DNA of 63,305 bases, filler included, from Octopus bimaculoides (GCF_001194135.2; 5 parts of 5 records of this genome joined end to end with filler, not necessarily neighbours in it); one strand, 5' to 3'; positions 51,748-62,495 are shown, counted from the first letter of the whole stretch. Numbers and translations: made by a program. Notes: a model not told the origin generated them from the letters alone.

Positions 51748-51835
51748 ATAAAGAAGACATGGGATGAAGGGGTGAAGGCTGACCTCAGGATCCTAAGCTT
51801 CGCAGAGGAAACGCCAAAAGACATATCTGGGGATA
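51748..51835 (+). mobile_element. LINE RT C-terminal remnant (RTE-like)
   Basis: IKKTWDEGVKADLRILSFAEETPKD matches the K-TW-E-V-DL…L…DR-W motif at the end of RTE-type ORFs. Confidence 0.7.
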
Positions 51836-51924
51836 TGAGGGCCTCGTGAAAAATTTCCCATCATAATGAAAATGACGTCTGTAAGCACTGCATGTATATT
51901 TATTGCTGATATATATATATATAA

Positions 51925-52072
51925 CCGTAACTGTGTGATAAGAAGCTTGCTTCCCACCATATAGCTCCGGGTTCAGTTCCACTGCGTGTCACCTTGGAAA
52001 ACTGTTTTCTACTATAGCCCCGGGCCGACCAGAGCCTTGTAAGTGTATTTGGTAGACGGAAACTGAAATAAG
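51925..52072 (+). mobile_element. SINE family A, 5' half
   Basis: taagaagcttgcttccc…gggttcagttccactgcgtg…gggccgaccagagccttg…ggaaactgaaa. Confidence 0.88.
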
Positions 52073-52093
52073 CAGAGGATGTGCAGAAATAGG

Positions 52094-52532
52094 TACGGTT
52101 CAGTTCAGTCCATTATCACTGAAGATTTGGGTATGAGACGCGTTGCCTGCCAAGTTTGTGCCAAAACTGCTTTCAGATGATCGAGAAGACACTCGGGTTT
52201 CAGTTGCACAAGATCTGCTTGATTGTGTCGAGAACGTTGGAAACTTCTTGAAAATTCTGTTTTGGCCTCTGAGCAGGTATTGCCAAGCTTTTAGCAAAAT
52301 TTGATGCAGATTCTCTGCTCAACTTTCTCTGTCATGGTCAATGCAAAAATCACACGCTACACACCTTCCTTCCAAGCACTGTTGTAGAGAGAAGAACTGA
52401 GCTAGAACGTTAAAACTTAGCGCGCATGCATAGCAGAGTTCAAGGTCAATCTATGCCCAGCAGCTTCACTCTGCGTGCTTTAGCTTCGTTACTATGGCAA
52501 CTCTCCGGATACTTATTGATCAGACCTCGCGT
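52094..52532 (+). mobile_element. Internally deleted mariner element (transposase fragment + right TIR)
   Basis: YGSVQSIITEDLGMRRV / frameshift / AKFVPKLLSDDREDTRVSVAQDLLDCVENVGNFLK (WVPHEL-motif region); terminus ccggatacttattgatcagacctcgcg-TA is a mariner-type TIR. Confidence 0.88.
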
Positions 52533-52546
52533 ATATACATACATAC

Positions 52547-52595
<49 letters not shown>

Positions 52596-52979
52596 TAGCT
52601 ATATTGGGGTTGGTGGTGGTGGTGTTGGGGGGCTCGATACTTCACAGCAACCAACGGTTTCCTCTTAGTTTTGTACTTTAACAAAATGTTGAAATCCTTT
52701 CTTTCTGAAAGATTGTTGTGCAAAGGGCTCCTTAATTATTCTCCTCCTCTTTCTGTCTTTCTTCCTTTCATTTAGCATTTATTTATATCTGTATGAGTTT
52801 CATGTACGTATGCATATGTTAAATANNNNNNNNNNNNNNNNNNNNNNNNNNNNNNNNNNNNNNNNNNNNNNNNNNNNNNNNNNNNNNNNNNNNNNNNNNN
52901 NNNNNNNNNNNNNNNNNNNNNNNNNNNNNNNNNNNNNNNNNNNNNNNNNNNNNNNNNNNNNNNNNNNNNNNNNNNNNNN

Positions 52980-53016
<37 letters not shown>

Positions 53017-54122
53017 TATGTGTACAGATGTATGTGGGTTCGAATTTATGTGTGTATATATCTATATATACATACATTGTATGTGTGCTATACAGTTATG
53101 TGTATACATGTATACTTATGCATTTCATGTACATAGCTGCAACCATACCTATATGCATACATACATACACACATAGACATATAATACTTTGAATTTGCTC
53201 TTTTACATGTACTACAGAAGATACAGTAGATGTGTAAATTAACAAACATTTTTTTTCTTGTCTCTACTTAAAAATTATGAACCCCTTGAAAATCAGCAAC
53301 TTAACAGTATACTGCACAACTCCTTAATTATTTTATGTCGTAAGCAAGGAATTTGACCTCATTCACGTTAAGCATTTTCACCGAGAACTATATACAGCGG
53401 CTAACGGCAATCTACTGACGTCACGCTAGAACACGCCCATCAATGTCTTAAATATATTTCTTTTGTTGATTATTTACTGATGGTTGATGATGGAAGCGAG
53501 TGCCAACGCCATAGTCCCTCGCGTCTCTCGTCTTCTGCTAGTGAGTGTGACAAGACCAAATCAAACACAACTGCATCCATCTCTTGGTTACACTCCCAGT
53601 AAGAGATGATAACATGCAGACGATAGCATAACGATAGGACACTAGATATATTGAATGTATATATATANNNNNNNNNNNNNNNNNNNNNNNNNNNNNNNNN
53701 NNNNNNNNNNNNNNNNNNNNNNNNNNNNNNNNNNNNNNNNNNNNNNNNNNNNNNNNNNNNNNNNNNNNNNNNNNNNNNNNNNNNNNNNNNNNNNNNNNNN
53801 NNNNNNNNNNNNNNNNNNNNNNNNNNNNNNNNNNNNNNNNNNNNNNNNNNNNNNNNNNNNNNNNNNNNNNNNNNNNNNNNNNNNNNNNNNNNNNNNNNNN
53901 NNNNNNNNNNNNNNNNNNNNNNNNNNNNNNNNNNNNNNNNNNNNNNNNNNNNNNNNNNNNNNNNNNNNNNNNNNNNNNNNNNNNNNNNNNNNNNNNNNNN
54001 NNNNNNNNNNNNNNNNNNNNNNNNNNNNNNNNNNNNNNNNNNNNNNNNNNNNNNNNNNNNNNNNNNNNNNNNNNNNNNNNNNNNNNNNNNNNNNNNNNNN
54101 NNNNNNNNNNNNNNNATATATA

Positions 54123-54428
54123 TGTTTGCTTTCCAATCATATGGTTCCGGGTTCAGTCCTATTGCATGGCACCTTGGGCAAGTGTCTTCTACTATAGCCT
54201 CGGGCCGTCCAAAGCCTTGTGAGTGGATTTGGTAGACGGATACTGAAAGAAGCCTGTCGTATATATATATATATGCAAGTAATTGTGTGTTTGTGTTTGT
54301 CTCCCCAACCCAACGCCATCACTTGACAACCGAAGTTGGTGTGTTTACGTCGCCGTAAATTAGCGGTTCGGCAAAAAGAGACCGATAGAATAAGTACTAG
54401 GCTTACAAAGAATAAGTCCTGGGATCGA
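54123..54428 (+). mobile_element. SINE family A, 3'-truncated
   Basis: Matches family A from cttccaatcatatggttccggg to aagaataagtcctggg. Confidence 0.92.
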
Positions 54429-54639
54429 GAGCGAATTGGCGGCTCTGGTTCTCTGCAGTCACTGGATTTGTTGAGTATATACGTAGAGTGACTGCTTGTT
54501 TCACTGCGATTTGTCAAATTGATGTAAACCACTCTGATGAGAACTCAATAAGTTTCGAAAACTGAGTAAGGCTGTTCGTAACTTTTTTCAATCTGCGGTG
54601 CGATAACTAAATTTGTCTTCTTTCTATATCTACTTATAG

Positions 54640-55050
54640 GTTACATGACTGTGCGGTAAGAAGCTTGATCCTCAACCACATAGTCCCTGGTTCAGTCCCA
54701 CTGCGTGGCACCATGTGCAGGTGTCTTCTGCTGTATCCTCGGGCCGAACAAAGCCTTGTTAGTGAATTTGGTAGACAGAAACTGAAAGAAGCCAGTCGTA
54801 TATACATGTATATATAGTTATGTGTGTGTGCCTCTGTGTCTACTTGTCCCTTCATCATTGCTTGGCAACCGATTTTGGTGTGTTTACGTCCCCGTAAACT
54901 AGCGGTTCGGCAAAAGAGACCGAAAGAATAAATACTAGGATTTAAAAAAATAAGTCCTGGGGTCTGTTTCTTCGACTAAAAAATCTTTTTTGGTGGTGCT
55001 CCAATATTGCCGCAGTCAACTGACTGAAAGGAGTAAAAGAATAAGAGAAT
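54640..55050 (+). mobile_element. SINE family A, full length
   Basis: All blocks present, ends gactgaaaggagtaaaagaataagag. Confidence 0.9.
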
Positions 55051-55135
55051 ATATTGATCTTGTATATAAATGAAGACGTATCCTTTCATTTGCTGCTTTT
55101 CTTTACACGAAATGAGAAGATACATTGCGGAACTG

Positions 55136-55516
55136 TTATTACCTCCGCCTTAGCGAAGGCGGAGGTATTGTTTTCAGTTGCGTTTGTTAGTTTGTTTGTC
55201 TGTCTGTGGACAAGATATCAAGAACCGCTGGATGAATTCGGATAAAACTTTCAAGGATGTTTGGCCTAGTGACTGGAACGAACTGGTTAGATTTTGGGAT
55301 CGATCCAGTACCAGACAAGGATTCTGGATTATATTTTCGGTTTTTTTTTTTCACTTAATGTTTGAGAGTGGTCAGGTTCATTTTTAGTATTCTCGTTTAT
55401 GAGAGTAGTCGAGTTTATATCAGATATTCTCATTTTAAAAATCATTTCCGGCTAATCGTTGAAAGGACGTTAGTGTTGTCTTGGCGGAGGTTTGCGCTCT
55501 CTTGGTGCTCTTGTTT
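55136..55516 (+). mobile_element. Non-autonomous Helentron-type (HINE/DINE-1-like) element
   Basis: 5' hairpin acctccgcctt-agcg-aaggcggaggt (55141-55166), (GTTT/GTCT)n at about 55180-55205, 3' subterminal inverted repeat ggcggaggt (55483-55491) followed by an imperfect gcgctc…gtgc hairpin and a T-rich end. Confidence 0.8.
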
Positions 55517-55878
55517 TATGTTGTTTTAACATGCTATATCTATTTATCACCCGAAGAGACACATCTGCACCGTCAGATGCTCATGAACCTGTTGATAATA
55601 TTTCACCCGTGAGGGACCAATGTTAAATGTGTCGAAACAATTGTGATTACTAAAAATTCTCGTATCTTCCATCTTTCATTTACCACATATATACATATAC
55701 ATGTACACACACACACACATCTATATATATGCATATTTCTCTACTTATATATGTGTATATAGATGCGTACGCATATGTATGCGCATTTATACATGCGGAC
55801 ATCATCGGAAGCAGATATTGTCCATTCTCAGTAGGTTGAATACGATTAATCGCCATCTCGCTTTTAATGTACTCTATT

Positions 55879-56111
55879 TTGTTGTTGTTGGCACTCCGTC
55901 GCTTACGACGTCGAGGGTTCCAGTTGATCCGATCAACAGAACAGCCTGCTCGTGAAATTAACGTGCAAGTGGCTGAGCACTCCACAGACACGTGTACTCT
56001 AAACGTAGTTCTCGGGGATATTCAGCGTGACACAGTGTGACAAGGCTGACCCCTTTGAATTACAGGCACAAAAGAAACAGGAAGAAAGAGTGAGAGAAAG
56101 TTGTGGTGAAA
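55879..56111 (-). mobile_element. SINE family C, 3' half (rest in gap)
   Basis: ttgttgttgttggcactccgtcgcttacgacgtcgaggg is the reverse complement of the RTE-type tail; body matches 26880-27100. Confidence 0.93.
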
Positions 56112-57537
56112 NNNNNNNNNNNNNNNNNNNNNNNNNNNNNNNNNNNNNNNNNNNNNNNNNNNNNNNNNNNNNNNNNNNNNNNNNNNNNNNNNNNNNNNNN
56201 NNNNNNNNNNNNNNNNNNNNNNNNNNNNNNNNNNNNNNNNNNNNNNNNNNNNNNNNNNNNNNNNNNNNNNNNNNNNNNNNNNNNNNNNNNNNNNNNNNNN
56301 NNNNNNNNNNNNNNNNNNNNNNNNNNNNNNNNNNNNNNNNNNNNNNNNNNNNNNNNNNNNNNNNNNNNNNNNNNNNNNNNNNNNNNNNNNNNNNNNNNNN
56401 NNNNNNNNNNNNNNNNNNNNNNNNNNNNNNNNNNNNNNNNNNNNNNNNNNNNNNNNNNNNNNNNNNNNNNNNNNNNNNNNNNNNNNNNNNNNNNNNNNNN
56501 NNNNNNNNNNNNNNNNNNNNNNNNNNNNNNNNNNNNNNNNNNNNNNNNNNNNNNNNNNNNNNNNNNNNNNNNNNNNNNNNNNNNNNNNNNNNNNNNNNNN
56601 NNNNNNNNNNNNNNNNNNNNNNNNNNNNNNNNNNNNNNNNNNNNNNNNNNNNNNNNNNNNNNNNNNNNNNNNNNNNNNNNNNNNNNNNNNNNNNNNNNNN
56701 NNNNNNNNNNNNNNNNNNNNNNNNNNNNNNNNNNNNNNNNNNNNNNNNNNNNNNNNNNNNNNNNNNNNNNNNNNNNNNNNNNNNNNNNNNNNNNNNNNNN
56801 NNNNNNNNNNNNNNNNNNNNNNNNNNNNNNNNNNNNNNNNNNNNNNNNNNNNNNNNNNNNNNNNNNNNNNNNNNNNNNNNNNNNNNNNNNNNNNNNNNNN
56901 NNNNNNNNNNNNNNNNNNNNNNNNNNNNNNNNNNNNNNNNNNNNNNNNNNNNNNNNNNNNNNNNNNNNNNNNNNNNNNNNNNNNNNNNNNNNNNNNNNNN
57001 NNNNNNNNNNNNNNNNNNNNNNNNNNNNNNNNNNNNNNNNNNNNNNNNNNNNNNNNNNNNNNNNNNNNNNNNNNCTGAACTATTGCACTTGATTCCTATA
57101 CTGCTAATTCGAAGCTTTTGTTGGAAATCAATACATAATTCTGAATGATTGATCTTTTCTTTTCGGTTTATTTACTTCTATGTTCTATTGTTCTAAATTC
57201 CAAGATTCCTAAATTTCTATAAAATTTCACTTGTCGATATTTTCCCGTGGTTTTACGAGAGTTCGATCGATAAAACAACTACAATTGAGATGCAGGTGTG
57301 TGTCTATCTGCATGTGTGAGCGCTCGCGCGCACGCGTATGCTTATTTTCGTGTGTGTGTGTGTGTGTGTGCGCGCATGCTTGTGTGCGTAACCTGTATCA
57401 GTGCAATATTAAGAATAATCTGTATAGTCAATATGTAACAATTTAAACTTGATGCAGTTAACATTTAATTATTTAAGTATCTACACCTCTCTGTCTGTCT
57501 GTCTGTCTGTCTATCTGTATTTCTCTCCCTCTATATA

Positions 57538-57600
<63 letters not shown>

Positions 57601-58564
57601 TGAGTGAGAGAGAGAGAGAGAGTGAGTGAGAGAGAAAGNNNNNNNNNNNNNNNNNNNNNNNNNNNNNNNNNNNNNNNNNNNNNNNNNNNNNNNNNNNNNN
57701 NNNNNNNNNNNNNNNNNNNNNNNNNNNNNNNNNNNNNNNNNNNNNNNNNNNNNNNNNNNNNNNNNNNNNNNNNNNNNNNNNNNNNNNNNNNNNNNNNNNN
57801 NNNNNNNNNNNNNNNNNNNNNNNNNNNNNNNNNNNNNNNNNNNNNNNNNNNNNNNNNNNNNNNNNNNNNNNNNNNNNNNNNNNNNNNNNNNNNNNNNNNN
57901 NNNNNNNNNNNNNNNNNNNNNNNNNNNNNNNNNNNNNNNNNNNNNNNNNNNNNNNNNNNNNNNNNNNNNNNNNNNNNNNNNNNNNNNNNNNNNNNNNNNN
58001 NNNNNNNNNNNNNNNNNNNNNNNNNNNNNNNNNNNNNNNNNNNNNNNNNNNNNNNNNNNNNNNNNNNNNNNNNNNNNNNNNNNNNNNNNNNNNNNNNNNN
58101 NNNNNNNNNNNNNNNNNNNNNNNNNNNNNNNNNNNNNNNNNNNNNNNNNNNNNNNNNNNNNNNNNNNNNNNNNNNNNNNNNNNNNNNNNNNNNNNNNNNN
58201 NNNNNNNNNNNNNNNNNNNNNNNNNNNNNNNNNNNNNNNNNNNNNNNNNNNNNNNNNNNNNNNNNNNNNNNNNNNNNNNNNNNNNNNNNNNNNNNNNNNN
58301 NNNNNNNNNNNNNNNNNNNNNNNNNNNNNNNNNNNNNNNNNNNNNNNNNNNNNNNNNNNNNNNNNNNNNNNNNAAATGTTTAGAAATAGAAAACGCAAAT
58401 ATTTCGCTAATACATCAAAATTTCTTAAATTCTATAGCTGTTTCTACAGTCATTGTATCATTAATAAATAAAAATACATAATCAATTTGAACGAGATGAG
58501 CAAATTGCTGAACCTATTGCAGAATTTCCTAAACTTCATATTTCCAAGGAGGTCCATCCCCATT

Positions 58565-58587
58565 CTCTCTCTGTCTCTCTGTCTCTC

Positions 58588-58673
<86 letters not shown>

Positions 58674-58683
58674 CCTCTCTCTC
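58565..58683. repeat. (TC)n/(TGTC)n microsatellite
   Basis: Seen directly. Confidence 0.95.
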
Positions 58684-59285
58684 AAAATCACTACTGGAGA
58701 ACGTGAGAGAAAAAGCGGATAGACTTTGTCAGGAATATCAAGCTTTGAAAGTTCTGTAACCCATTCTAGAAGTACATCTGGATATTTATATACTACACGT
58801 AAAAGAGTCCAAGCAGCTACGTGTAATAAATACCACACAAAACTAGAAATGCATACACCATGGACTCCCTTATGTATAATGACTTCATATCGAAAGAATT
58901 GTGTAAAAACTATAGTAATGATAATTACAGCATCCTAAAGGCCATTAACGATCAAGACTATTCTTTAGTGACTAAATTCGCGGTGGACGAATGAACTGAG
59001 CTATTTGACTACAAAAAGCCACAATCCCGAACTTATGTATGTGTGTGAGTGTGTGTGTGTATGTGTGTGCGCGCGTGCGTGAGTATGTATATGTGTGTGT
59101 ATATATATGTATGAATGTATATATGTGTGTGTATGGAATCAAATATATATATATAAGTATGTATGTATGTATATATATATGTATATATATATATGTATAT
59201 ATATATGTATGTACATATATATATATACACACGTATGCATACATACATATATACATTATATATATACATATATACATATATATAC

Positions 59286-59336
<51 letters not shown>

Positions 59337-59386
59337 TATATANNNNNNNNNNNNNNNNNNNNNNNNNNNNNNNNNNNNNNNNNNNN

Positions 59387-59398
59387 TTAATTAATTAA
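59387..59398. other. Artificial scaffold linker TTAATTAATTAA
   Basis: 44 N + 12-mer + 44 N (59343-59442). Confidence 0.95.
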
Positions 59399-59442
59399 NN
59401 NNNNNNNNNNNNNNNNNNNNNNNNNNNNNNNNNNNNNNNNNN

Positions 59443-59479
<37 letters not shown>

Positions 59480-59512
59480 ACATATATGTGCAAGTCTGTA
59501 CGTGTGTGTGTT

Positions 59513-59543
<31 letters not shown>

Positions 59544-59884
59544 GTGTGTTTGAATATATAATACTTGTTTATAAACAACCATGAAGCTAGCCTGTAGTGC
59601 AAACAGAAATGCACGCACAGAAAGGGGCGAAGAAAGAATATATAAGAGGAGTGAGAGTAAACTGGAGAGTGAGAGAGGTGCTGACAAATATGAATTAAGC
59701 AATAAAATTGTGCTTATAGACACAGACACTGAAACACATACACATACAACAAGGCTATCACGCACGAACACACACACGCACAAACATACACACACAAACA
59801 CACACAAACACACACAAACGCATACACACACCGAATCACAGAAATCAATAAAATTCTATATGTGTATATACACAAAACGACACG

Positions 59885-59914
59885 GTTCCATCTGAGAGAA
59901 GTGTCATTCCATTC
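59885..59914 (-). other. Cys-loop-receptor-like peptide EWNDTSLRWN (copy 1); exon or pseudogene fragment uncertain
   Basis: Matches the W-x-D-x-x-L-x-W motif of pentameric ligand-gated ion channel extracellular domains; the expected downstream residues are absent. Confidence 0.25.
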
Positions 59915-60765
59915 TCTTTGTAATAGNNNNNNNNNNNNNNNNNNNNNNNNNNNNNNNNNNNNNNNNNNNNNNNNNNNNNNNNNNNNNNNNNNNNNNNNNN
60001 NNNNNNNNNNNNNNNNNNNNNNNNNNNNNNNNNNNNNNNNNNNNNNNNNNNNNNNNNNNNNNNNNNNNNNNNNNNNNNNNNNNNNNNNNNNNNNNNNNNN
60101 NNNNNNNNNNNNNNNNNNNNNNNNNNNNNNNNNNNNNNNNNNNNNNNNNNNNNNNNNNNNNNNNNNNNNNNNNNNNNNNNNNNNNNNNNNNNNNNNNNNN
60201 NNNNNNNNNNNNNNNNNNNNNNNNNNNNNNNNNNNNNNNNNNNNNNNNNNNNNNNNNNNNNNNNNNNNNNNNNNNNNNNNNNNNNNNNNNNNNNNNNNNN
60301 NNNNNNNNNNNNNNNNNNNNNNNNNNNNNNNNNNNNNNNNNNNNNNNNNNNNNNNNNNNNNNNNNNNNNNNNNNNNNNNNNNNNNNNNNNNNNNNNNNNN
60401 NNNNNNNNNNNNNNNNNNNNNNNNNNNNNNNNNNNNNNNNNNNNNNNNNNNNNNNNNNNNNNNNNNNNNNNNNNNNNNNNNNNNNNNNNNNNNNNNNNNN
60501 NNNNNNNNNNNNNNNNNNNNNNNNNNNNNNNNNNNNNNNNNNNNNNNNNNNNNNNNNNNNNNNNNNNNNNNNNNNNNNNNNNNNNNNNNNNNNNNNNNNN
60601 NNNNNNNNNNNNNNNNNNNNNNNNNNNNNNNNNNNNNNNNNNNNNNNNNNNNNNNNNNNNNNNNNNNNNNNNNNNNNNNNNNNNNNNNNNNNNNNNNNNN
60701 NNNNNNNNNNNNNNNNNNNNNNNNNNNNNNNNNNNNNNNNNNNNNNNNNNNNNNNNNNNNNNNNN

Positions 60766-60811
<46 letters not shown>

Positions 60812-61363
60812 GATGACATAACATATTTATAAGAATTTATCAAGTAGTCAACATGAAAACCTCATAATGGAAAAATATTGAAATTATTCCCTTAAATGTA
60901 TTTATTTAAATTAAGGACTTTATTACACGTAAATGCCTCACTCTGTCTGGCAGTCTCTCTATATACATGTTGCGTGTATGTGTAAATTATTCCATATTTA
61001 ATGAGTCAAAATTTGCGTTCACCTTCTCTATTTGTATTTGTTATGTAGACCTTTGTAGATGTCTAATGTTTATAATCTGTTTATATTTGTATTGTTATTA
61101 GGATGAAGTTGATAGCGAAATGCAGAGGATGTATACTATATCCTAATCATTTTCGCTATCCTCCTCAACTTCACCATCATCGTATTCCACATGATTCTCA
61201 TGATCATGGTAGAACTTCATTTGCATACTAATCACCCTACGCTAATACCCAGTTCAACAGCTTCGCGGATGTTAGCATAATCATCACAACATATCTTCCC
61301 AACAAACACAGCAGAGAGCAGCACACCACATCAACACCACTACCACCACCACCNNNNNNNNNN

Positions 61364-61481
61364 CACACACAAACGCATACACACACCGAATCACAGAAAT
61401 CAATAAAATTCTATATGTGTATATACACAAAACGACACGGTTCCATCTGAGAGAAGTGTCATTCCATTCTCTTTGTAATAG
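61364..61481 (+). repeat. Exact 118-bp duplicate of 59809-59926 (probable contig-overlap artefact)
   Basis: Identical by eye; one copy ends at a gap and the other starts after a 10-N gap. Confidence 0.85.
61440..61469 (-). other. Cys-loop-receptor-like peptide EWNDTSLRWN (copy 2)
   Basis: Same sequence as 59885-59914; upstream frame reads KYALLQR; possible acceptor in ttacaaag. Confidence 0.25.
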
Positions 61482-61886
61482 TGCATATTTAAGCATGCAG
61501 GTATTTAGAAAGAGAGATTGAGTGAGTGAGAACAGACAATGAGAGAAAACACAGAGGGTGAGAGAAAATGATAGAGAAAAATGACGGTGTGAAAAGATGG
61601 GTAGAGTTCAGGATTTAGATGGAATAAAAGTATTTTATTGATGTCTATTACATTGTCATTTATGAGAACACGATTATAGTGAGGTAAAGTGGTAAGAATG
61701 TTGTTTAATTTAGTTATTTTCGAAAATAATATTTTAAGGATTCAGATAAATTCCAATTTGTTATTTGAAAATGTAATTATTTCTCTTCTAAAAATTCTGT
61801 CTACATGATAACTTACAGGCAGAATCGCAAATACAAGTATGAATCGTTGATGAGAAGTTTTTCGTCTACTATAGAAATTGATTGTT

Positions 61887-61928
<42 letters not shown>

Positions 61929-61972
61929 NNNNNNNNNNNNNNNNNNNNNNNNNNNNNNNNNNNNNNNNNNNN

Positions 61973-61984
61973 TTAATTAATTAA
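61973..61984. other. Artificial scaffold linker TTAATTAATTAA
   Basis: 44 N + 12-mer + 44 N (61929-62028). Confidence 0.95.
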
Positions 61985-62028
61985 NNNNNNNNNNNNNNNN
62001 NNNNNNNNNNNNNNNNNNNNNNNNNNNN

Positions 62029-62495
62029 AAGAAGCTTGCTTCCCAACCACATGGTTCCGGGTTCAGTCCCACCGCGTGCCACCTTGGGCGAGTGTCTGCT
62101 GCAATAGCTTTGGGACAACCAAAGCCTTGTGAGTGGATTTGGAGAGACGGAAACTGAAAGAAGCCCGTCGTATATATATATGTGTGCGAGTGTGTGTGTG
62201 TCTGTGTCTGTGTTTGTCCCCACCCCCACCATCGCTTGACAACCGATGCTGGTGTGTTTACGTCCCCGTAACTTGACCTGGGTGTTCGGCCAAGAGACCG
62301 ATAAAATAAGTACTAGGCTTACAAAGAATAAGTCCTGGGTTCGATTTGCTCGACTAAAGGCGGTGCTCCAGCATGGCCGCAGTCAAATGACTGANNNNNN
62401 NNNNAGTCCTGGGTTCGATTTGCTCGACTAAAGGCGGTGCTCCAGCATGGCCGCAATCAAATGACTGAAACAAGTAAAACAGTAAAAGAGTAAAG
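62029..62495 (+). mobile_element. SINE family A, near full length, young (3' part duplicated across a 10-N gap)
   Basis: Near-consensus copy; agtcctgggttcgatttgctcg…atgactga occurs both before (about 62332-62395) and after (62406-62468) the gap. Confidence 0.95.

Noticed and set aside
50379-56111. Family C 5' half (plus) and 3' half (minus) appearing to meet at the same tttcacc position, suggesting an inversion breakpoint
   Set aside because: The 3' half ends there only because an N gap begins, so the coincidence cannot be interpreted
883-60843. Long ORFs in the supplied track (up to 521 aa)
   Set aside because: They span N gaps or translate dinucleotide, trinucleotide and tetranucleotide repeats (YIYI, CVCV, HTHT, LSIY, poly-V/M/H/D); not coding evidence
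59809-61481. Tandem duplicated or mutually exclusive exon pair
   Set aside because: The two 118-bp copies are identical and sit at contig ends next to gaps (one a 10-N gap), as expected for an unmerged overlap with the 60768-61353 contig misplaced between them
62332-62468. Direct repeat within the last family A SINE
   Set aside because: The duplicate straddles a 10-N gap; assembly overlap artefact
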